From contig CAVKVK010000001.1 of NCBI GenBank assembly GCA_963659855.1, forward strand, positions 18,850-82,849: a stretch of DNA of 64,000 nucleotides. The letters run 5' to 3'. Position 1 is the first letter of the stretch, and each line of letters begins with the position of its first letter. Positions 62,828 to 64,000 of this stretch are shown piece after piece. The notes below the pieces were generated by a model that worked only from the letters and a program-made list of their open reading frames with translations, did no database searches and was not told the DNA's origin. The translations under genes and the position numbers were made by a program. The stretch comes from Parabacteroides distasonis (GTDB lineage: Bacteria; Spirochaetota; Spirochaetia; Treponematales; Treponemataceae).

Positions 62828-64000
62828 GCCTCTATTCCGTATTTTCTGTAAAGCTCGCCCATTTCTGTTTCCAGCTGCTCGCGGGTGTCCTTGTCTGCAA
62901 GCTTCGCAAATCCGAGCGATATTTTACGTCTGATGAAATTCTCTTCGTCTATTCTGAAAAGCCTTTTCTTTTCCAGCGGAAGATTCCAGATTTTCCGTGC
63001 GATTCCAAGTTTTTTATTGTCGCTTGCGCTTGTCATGTCGAAGCCACATTCAGGGCAGCTCGCATAAATGTTGACTTTTTCCTTTCCGCAGACCGGGCAG
63101 GCGCAGAGATATTTCTCGCTCCCGGCTGCTTTTTCATTAAGCTCGTTCTCTCGGTTTCTGAATTCCTGGAGAACGTCATTCTGGAAGAAAAGCCTGTATG
63201 CAAGTCCGCGTGGATTTGACGGCTTCTTTTCCGCCACACGCTTCTTTATGAACTCAAGATAACTTTCCGCGGATTCTATTTTTATTTTGTTCTGCAGAAA
63301 GAATGCTGCTGCTTTTTCTGGAAAATTCTCGTCAAATGCGTTTTTCCCGAAAACTTTTTCAGCGGCATTCTTTAAATCAGCAGCAGAATTTCTTAATTCG
63401 CAAATTTTTAAAGAATCACTAACCGAAGAATCTCTGGTGGGAGAATCATTTAAAGCATAGGAACTGGAGTTCCCTTGCGCATAGGTATTGCAGTTCCTTT
63501 CCGCAAAGGTAGCGGAGTTCCTATGCGGACTTTCGGAAGCCTTTTCTGAGGTCGCATGTGTCTTTTTTGTCCCTTGCGGATTTTCTTTTCTCGCATAGGA
63601 ACTGGAATTCCTTTGCGGAGTTTTTTCGCTGTCAGAATCTCCTTTTTTTGATTCTTGTCTTTCGCACGCTTTTGTGTTCAGAAGCGTGTCGTAAAGCTCT
63701 GTTGTCCTGTAGTATGAGCGTTTTCCACCCTGTGTTATGACAGTCTCGCGTTGCATCAGGCCTTTTTCCACGAACGCATCGAATCTGCGCCGGATTCCTT
63801 TTTCTGATGTGATTCCGATTACTGGCAGGTCATCCATTATCTTTGATATTTTCACCCAGCCGAAAATTCTTGCGTCGCCGGAGAGATTCTTGAAAAGCCG
63901 CTTCTCCATTTTTCCGATGAAGAAATTTGCGAACCAGTCGAGAATCAGCGCGTCCGTAACATCGAGTCCATATTCGATAAGTTTTTCCTGCGAATATGCG
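62824..64000 (-). CDS. Probable replication initiator (N-terminal wHTH, repeat linker, C-terminal Zn ribbon); 5' end outside the window
   Basis: Frame open to the edge (YSQEKLIEYGLDVTDALILDWF...WV...I.DDLP.IGI.S...I.RRF...V.KGL); CPVC...CPEC. Confidence 0.65.
   Translation of the reverse strand, partial: AYSQEKLIEYGLDVTDALILDWFANFFIGKMEKRLFKNLSGDARIFGWVKISKIMDDLPVIGITSEKGIRRRFDAFVEKGLMQRETVITQGGKRSYYRTTELYDTLLNTKACERQESKKGDSDSEKTPQRNSSSYARKENPQGTKKTHATSEKASESPHRNSATFAERNCNTYAQGNSSSYALNDSPTRDSSVSDSLKICELRNSAADLKNAAEKVFGKNAFDENFPEKAAAFFLQNKIKIESAESYLEFIKKRVAEKKPSNPRGLAYRLFFQNDVLQEFRNRENELNEKAAGSEKYLCACPVCGKEKVNIYASCPECGFDMTSASDNKKLGIARKIWNLPLEKKRLFRIDEENFIRRKISLGFAKLADKDTREQLETEMGELYRKYGIEA
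63455..63616. repeat. 24-bp iteron-like repeats inside the rep gene
   Basis: GCATAGGAACTGGAGTTCCCTTGC-like units at 63455, 63479, 63503 (tandem), 63554 (degenerate) and 63593. Confidence 0.7.

Larger units (their letters stand above)
8099..64000. mobile_element. Integrated conjugative element (ICE or integrated plasmid) with P-type T4SS; right end lies outside the window
   Basis: Contains relaxase, VirD4, VirB2/3/4/5/6/8/9/10/11 homologs, TopB, SSB, ArdC-like and Rep-like genes. Composition and codon usage shift after about 8100. Confidence 0.9.

Noticed and set aside
826..63740. Numerous short overlapping or antisense ORFs in the six-frame track (e.g. 12001-12546, 28433-29116, 31374-32144, 46365-47039)
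   Set aside because: They are shadows of longer, motif-bearing genes and have no recognisable domains.

Overview
Bases 1 to about 8100 are AT-rich chromosomal backbone, most likely from a Treponema-like spirochaete. They carry an OmpA-domain protein, a TIGR02757 protein, an outer-membrane barrel, glycyl-tRNA synthetase, an aldo/keto reductase and an HD-GYP protein. From about 8099 to beyond the window end lies a GC-richer conjugative element of more than 55 kb. It has an IS30-like transposase at its left edge, topoisomerase III, a zeta toxin pair, a MOBP-type relaxase, a split P-type (Trb/VirB) T4SS with VirD4, a 1978-aa Ig-repeat lipoprotein, a HipA module, ArdC-like proteins, two giant polyvalent proteins, SSBs and a truncated replication initiator with internal repeats. 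Four signals stand out. (1) Five predicted RNase domains (PBECR/MuF-C-like) are each followed, inside the coding sequence, by an antisense sigma70-like promoter that would transcribe a 65-110 nt structured RNA. These RNAs show compensatory base changes between paralogs, which suggests an embedded RNA-antitoxin system. (2) Six toxin or polyvalent ORFs share a basic C-terminal [I/F]ER tail, a possible T4SS export signal. (3) The 16-bp palindrome ACCGACACGTGTCGGT occurs nine times, six of them inside CDSs in different frames, and resembles parS. (4) An 11-bp box, TCTGCCCGCCC, sits just upstream of three operon starts. All family assignments come from motifs recognised by eye; no database searches were run.
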